A DNA stretch of 64,000 bases, from contig CALSNU010000001.1 in NCBI GenBank assembly GCA_943787795.1, positions 640,001 to 704,000 on the forward strand, in the 5' to 3' direction. Below are positions 59,710 to 64,000 of this stretch, in pieces. Under the pieces are notes generated by a model. It saw nothing but the letters and a program-made list of their open reading frames with translations. It searched no databases and had not been told where the DNA came from. This DNA is from an uncultured bacterium. GTDB lineage: Bacteria; Planctomycetota; UBA1135; GCA-002686595. The translations under genes and the position numbers were made by a program. Each line of letters opens with the position of its first letter. Position 1 is the stretch's first letter.

Positions 59710-60284
59710 CCTTCCCCCTGGACGTGCTCGCCTCAGGCGCTGAGGTCGCGGCGCCGCGACTCATCGGAGCGACCCTGGAGTCACGGCTGGGTGGGGTGAT
59801 CACGAGGGGAAGGATCGTCGAGACCGAGGCCTACCTGCCGGAGGGAGACGGAGCGTCCCACTCCGCCGTGGGCGAGACGGCTCGCAACGGGGCGATGTTC
59901 ATGGAGGCTGGCCGGGCCTACGTGTACCTGATCTACGGGATCCACCTGTGCTTCAACGTCGTGACGGGGGCGCAGGGCGCGGGTGAAGCGGTGCTCATTC
60001 GGGCCTTGGAGCCGCTTGAAGGCGAGGATCAGATGAGGGCTCGACGCGGCTCGAAGGCCCGCGCCCGGGATCTGGCCCGTGGCCCGGGGCGGTTGACCCG
60101 CGCCATGGGGATCACGAGAGAGCACGACCGGGTCGAGCTGCTCGGGGGTGGATCGCTGCGTCTGCTGGACCGGTCGATCGACTGGAGCGCGGAACCGCTG
60201 GAGGTGGGTCCAAGGGTCGGGATCACGAAGAGCCCCGACCTGCCGCTGCGCTTCCGGCTCCGCGGGTCGCGCTGGACCTCTTGA
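59706..60284 (+). CDS. mpg: DNA-3-methyladenine glycosylase (AAG/MPG type)
   Basis: IVETEAY, ASHS, YVYLIYGIH.CFNVV, AVLIRALEP, GPGRL, RVGI. Confidence 0.95.
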   Translation: MTFPLDVLASGAEVAAPRLIGATLESRLGGVITRGRIVETEAYLPEGDGASHSAVGETARNGAMFMEAGRAYVYLIYGIHLCFNVVTGAQGAGEAVLIRALEPLEGEDQMRARRGSKARARDLARGPGRLTRAMGITREHDRVELLGGGSLRLLDRSIDWSAEPLEVGPRVGITKSPDLPLRFRLRGSRWTS

Positions 60285-60293
60285 CCGGCGGGC

Positions 60294-61337
60294 TCAGGGC
60301 TTCACGCCAAGGACGACGCTCCAGTAACCCGCGGTGCGCAGGCGCTCGACGCCGGTGAAGCCGCTGCGGTCGAGGAGCTCGGTGAGCTCGCTGACTCGAT
60401 ACTGCTGCCCCTCCGTCCATACGAGCATGTCGAGGTGGACGAGCTGGTTCGCGAGGGGGCCGCTGTCGTCGTCCTCCACGAGCTTCTCATGAATCAGGAT
60501 CCGGCCTCCCGGGGGCAGCGCAGCGAAGGCCTTCGCCACGAGCGCGGCGCCGGTCTCGAAGTTCCAGTCATGGAGGATCTGCGAGAGCAGGACCGTATCG
60601 AACCCCGCGGGGTAGCTCTCCGCGAACATGTCGCCTGGCCGGCTGGTGACGCGATCCTCGCAGCCCGCGGCCTGCACGTATTCCTCCGCGATGGGGCAGA
60701 CGGCCGGGATGTCCCAGATGACGCACTCGAGCTCGGGGTTGGCCCTCGCGAGGGCGATGGACAGCGCGCCGCTCCCGCCGCCCACGTCGAGGAGGCGCCT
60801 CGCGGACGCGAGGTCCACGCGCTCGGCGACTCCTGCGGCGGGCCGTTCGCTGACGCTGTGCATGGCGGCGGTGAACGCGCGGGCCTTGGCGGGGTCGGCC
60901 TCATGGGCCGCCCAGGGGTCCTCGCCGCCATAGACCGTCGCCTTGTCCTCGGCGAGGGCCTCGAGGAGGGCGGCAGGTGATAGGAAGCTGTCGACCTCCA
61001 TGTCCACGAGGCCCCAGAGCGAACCCTCGGCGCCCCGGGTCAGGTAGGCGGCCGCGTCCGCGGAGGCCGTGAAGCCGTCGGCGAGGACCTCGATGAAGCC
61101 CAGGGCGATCAGGGCGTCGAGCATCGAGCGCGTCCCGCGGAGGCTCCACCCCATCTCCGCCTGGACCTTGTCGAAGGAGCTCGCGCCGCTGGCGAGCAGG
61201 TCGAAGAGACCTGCCCGCACAGCAGCGGCCACCGCCGCGCTCTTGCGGCCGGCGATGTACGCGTCGTAGACGCGCTTGTCATCGATCGGAAAGCGCCCCG
61301 GGTTCAGGCGCTCCGTGCGATCGTCGGAACCCGTCAC
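60294..61337 (-). CDS. SAM-dependent O-methyltransferase (dimerisation + Methyltransf_2 domains)
   Basis: LLDVGGGSG, GDMF, ILHDW, LPPGG; GTG start overlapping the FKBP stop. Confidence 0.88.
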   Translation of the reverse strand: MTGSDDRTERLNPGRFPIDDKRVYDAYIAGRKSAAVAAAVRAGLFDLLASGASSFDKVQAEMGWSLRGTRSMLDALIALGFIEVLADGFTASADAAAYLTRGAEGSLWGLVDMEVDSFLSPAALLEALAEDKATVYGGEDPWAAHEADPAKARAFTAAMHSVSERPAAGVAERVDLASARRLLDVGGGSGALSIALARANPELECVIWDIPAVCPIAEEYVQAAGCEDRVTSRPGDMFAESYPAGFDTVLLSQILHDWNFETGAALVAKAFAALPPGGRILIHEKLVEDDDSGPLANQLVHLDMLVWTEGQQYRVSELTELLDRSGFTGVERLRTAGYWSVVLGVKP

Positions 61338-62569
61338 TTGACGGAGACGAGCTCGACGTAGAAGACCAGCGTGGCGTTCGGGGGGATGGCCCCGCCTGCG
61401 CCGCGGGCGCCGTACCCGATCGAGGGGGGGATCACAAACAGGGTCGCGCCGCCCTCCTTCATCAGCTGGAGGCCCTCGGTCCAACCGGCGATGACCCCGC
61501 CCAGGCTGAAGTCCAGGGGAGCGCCGCGGTCATAGGAGTTGTCGAAGCCGGTACCGTCCGTGAGCCAGCCGGCATAGTGAGCGGAGACTCCGTTGCTGGC
61601 CGTGGGGGTCTTACCGGTCCCCTCGCGGATGGTCTTGTACTTGAGGCCGGAGGGCGTCGTGGTGAGCTCGGACTCGTCGGGCATCTGGAACTCGGGCTTG
61701 TTGAAGCTCATGGTCCCCACACACTCGAGGACCCAGATCTCGTCGGAGCCCGGCTTCAGCACAGGGTTCCCGCTCCGCTGGCCGATTCCGATCTTGGCCG
61801 GGACGCTCATCACGAGCTGCGCTCCGGGCTTCAGCTGCTCGAGTGCCTCTTCCATGAACTTCAAAGGCACCGCCTTGGTGGACAGCGTCAGCGGGCCGCC
61901 CCGGCTGGTGTGACCGACAACGAAGGCGCCCTCCGGCGTGAAGCAGGAGAACTTGATGAGGCCCAGGTCGGACTCGGCGATGGTCGCCCCCTCACCCTCC
62001 TTGATCACCTGGATCTTGGAGCCCAGGGGCCTCTCGATGATCCCCTCAGCTTCAGCGCTGAACGGGATGAACGGGAGGGCACGGTCGACGATCGAGAGGA
62101 GCTCGACCTCGAAGATGAGGTCGGCGTTGCCCGCGATCTTGGGGGGGGAGCCGCGCTCGCCGTAGCCGAGAGCAGAGGGCACGTAGAGCTTCCACTGGGC
62201 GCCCGGCGACATCATCTGAAGGGCCTCGTTCCAACCCTCGATCAGGCCGCCAACGGGGAACTCGGCCGGCTGCGGGTCGAGCCCGGGGCGGCGAGGGGTA
62301 CGGGAGCTGTCGAAGACGGTCCCGTCGAGATTCCAACCCGTGTAGTTCACCCGCACCAGGTCGCCCATCGCCGGGGTCGCCGTGCCGTCACCTTCCTTCA
62401 TGACGCAGTAACGAAGGCCCGAGGGGAGCATCTTCATCTCGCCGCAATCCGGGATCGGCGGGTCCTCGGCTCTCGTGGTGAAGGGGGTGGTCTCCAGGGG
62501 CGCGGGGGCAACGGCCGGCGCCGAGACAAGGAGGTGCGTGGCGAGGAGGGGCGTGGCGAGGATCAACAT
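61334..62569 (-). CDS. Exported FKBP-type peptidyl-prolyl isomerase with three FKBP-like domains
   Basis: Two canonical domains (NYTG...FDSS...LIEGW; HYAG...FDNS...VIAGW) flanking a degenerate one; signal peptide. Confidence 0.92.
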   Translation of the reverse strand: MLILATPLLATHLLVSAPAVAPAPLETTPFTTRAEDPPIPDCGEMKMLPSGLRYCVMKEGDGTATPAMGDLVRVNYTGWNLDGTVFDSSRTPRRPGLDPQPAEFPVGGLIEGWNEALQMMSPGAQWKLYVPSALGYGERGSPPKIAGNADLIFEVELLSIVDRALPFIPFSAEAEGIIERPLGSKIQVIKEGEGATIAESDLGLIKFSCFTPEGAFVVGHTSRGGPLTLSTKAVPLKFMEEALEQLKPGAQLVMSVPAKIGIGQRSGNPVLKPGSDEIWVLECVGTMSFNKPEFQMPDESELTTTPSGLKYKTIREGTGKTPTASNGVSAHYAGWLTDGTGFDNSYDRGAPLDFSLGGVIAGWTEGLQLMKEGGATLFVIPPSIGYGARGAGGAIPPNATLVFYVELVSVK

Positions 62570-62675
62570 CGTCAGGGGAGGAGGTGGTGCTTTGGGCCCT
62601 TGCAGGCACGTTAGGCCCTTACAGAAGCTGGGGCTGGATGAAGAGTGAGCGGGTTGGGGTCAGGCGGCGTCTACG

Positions 62676-63470
62676 TCACAGACCCATGACGTGATAGCCC
62701 GCGTCGACGAAGATCGTCGTGCCGGTGATGCCCCGGGAGTGGGGGCCGACCAGGAAGAGGCAGGTGTCGCCCACCTCCTCAGCGGTCACGTTGCGACGCA
62801 GTGGCGCCTTCTCGGCGATCCGGTCGAGCATGGTCCCGAAGTCCTTCACGCCGGAGGCCGAGAGGGTACGGATCGGGCCCGCGCTGACGGCGTTCACGCG
62901 GATGCCTCGAGGCCCGACGTCAGCGGCGAGGTAGCGGACGGACGCCTCGAGGGCAGCCTTCGCGATCCCCATCACGTTGTAGTTGGGGACCACTCGATCC
63001 GCGCCGAGGTAGCTCAGGGTCACGATCGATCCCTCGCGCCCTTCCATGAGGGGGAGGGCAGCGCGGGTCACCGCGGTGAGGGAGTACGCGGACACCTCGT
63101 GGGCGAGCATGTAGCCCTCCTTCGACGTGTCGAAGAAGCTCCCCTGGAGCTCCTCGCGTCTGGCGAAGGCGATGGCATGCACCATGGCGTCAAGCCCTCC
63201 GAATTCACTCCCGATCGTCTCGAAGGCCGCCTTGACCTCCTCGGGCTGGGTGACGTCACAGGGGAGCGTGATCGATCCCGGGCACTCTTCGGCCAGCTTG
63301 TCCACGGCCGCCTTCAGCCGCTCGTTCGCGTAGGTGAACGCTAGCTTCATGCCAGCGTCCGCGAGGGAGCGCGCGCAGCCCCACGCGAGGGAGCGCTTGT
63401 TGGCGACGCCAAGGATGACGCCGGTCTTGCCTTCGAGGATCCTCGGAACGGAGGGGGCGGTGTCGGACAT
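62676..63470 (-). CDS. fabI: Enoyl-ACP reductase (NADH)
   Basis: GVANKRSLAWG, HAIAFA, SAYS, YNVMGIAKAALE, SAGPIRTL. Confidence 0.96.
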   Translation of the reverse strand: MSDTAPSVPRILEGKTGVILGVANKRSLAWGCARSLADAGMKLAFTYANERLKAAVDKLAEECPGSITLPCDVTQPEEVKAAFETIGSEFGGLDAMVHAIAFARREELQGSFFDTSKEGYMLAHEVSAYSLTAVTRAALPLMEGREGSIVTLSYLGADRVVPNYNVMGIAKAALEASVRYLAADVGPRGIRVNAVSAGPIRTLSASGVKDFGTMLDRIAEKAPLRRNVTAEEVGDTCLFLVGPHSRGITGTTIFVDAGYHVMGL

Positions 63471-63591
63471 GCCGGATTTGAATGGTGGGCGATCATGCCG
63501 GCCCCCAATCCCGGGTGCCGGTCTGGCGGATTCGAGCGGGGAGGATAGTGGTTCCGCCGTTCCGTGGGCGCATCCCAGGGGGGGGAAGCAG

Positions 63592-63600
63592 TTATCCACA
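63592..63600 (+). promoter_or_regulatory. Perfect DnaA box TTATCCACA
   Basis: Exact consensus match in the divergent intergenic region upstream of fabI. Confidence 0.5.
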
Positions 63601-63777
63601 TCTGCCAAGGGCCCCACAGCGGGTCCGCTCACGATTCCGGGGATTGGTGGATCCGACACGGCTCCTGGGTGCCTTCCGTGAGGGTCGAGCGGACCCCCTT
63701 GACGATTTTTGGCCCCGACGCCTAGGGTGAATTCCTAGCCGGACGCTCTCCCGGCGGTCCCAATCCCCTCGCTTACG

Positions 63778-64000
63778 ATGCCTCAACCACGACCTGCCCT
63801 TGAGCCGCGCTGGCCCATGCGTGACCGATGGTCGCCCGTGCCGTCGTGGCGCCGCTACCTGCGGGTGGGGCAGGCCGAGGAGATCCTGAGGCAGATCATT
63901 CCCGGCGACCCCCTCCGCCTCCGGTTTCTGGCGGCTGCGCGGATCACGGCGGCAGCCCGCTTGCTGGACGTCGACCGGGTCGTCGTGCGAGCCATGGCGA
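63778..64000 (+). CDS. Hypothetical protein, 5' part (runs off the window)
   Basis: Open frame MPQPRPALEPRWPMRDRW...GDPLRLR...LDVDRVVVRAMA with high-GC3 codons and no stop. Confidence 0.55.
   Translation, partial: MPQPRPALEPRWPMRDRWSPVPSWRRYLRVGQAEEILRQIIPGDPLRLRFLAAARITAAARLLDVDRVVVRAMA

Overview
A very GC-rich (roughly 70% by eye), gene-dense bacterial chromosome segment. Gene content suggests Planctomycetota or a related PVC lineage (inference from the TPR + ASPIC/UnbV pair, CarboxypepD_reg repeat protein, YdjY-like protein, mcsA-clpC and stand-alone murD). It has about 48 CDS, mostly housekeeping or envelope genes (kdsB, DEAD-box helicase, msrB, clpC, mcsA, murD, addAB, thyX, cls, ino1, mpg, fabI), and two tRNA-Ser genes. 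I saw no integrase, transposase, rRNA or CRISPR array. The strongest lead is an archaeal AglB/STT3-type oligosaccharyltransferase (21215-23674). It keeps the catalytic D, DHH, xINE and R motifs but has EWDLG in place of WWDYG. It lies 30 nt downstream of a YejM/LtaS-like membrane sulfatase-fold gene, and a second GT-C glycosyltransferase is nearby, so this may be an undescribed protein glycosylation system. Other observations: a signal-peptide-bearing tailspike-like beta-helix protein next to a frameshifted CE7 esterase at a tRNA 3' end; mcsA and clpC with no mcsB between them; a ThyX with a replaced RHR motif; an AddB without Fe-S cysteines; repeated -10-like hexamers 6-7 nt before ATG (leaderless mRNAs); recurrent 12-18 bp micro-duplications; and a lone perfect DnaA box. 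All family calls come from motif recognition by eye, not database searches.
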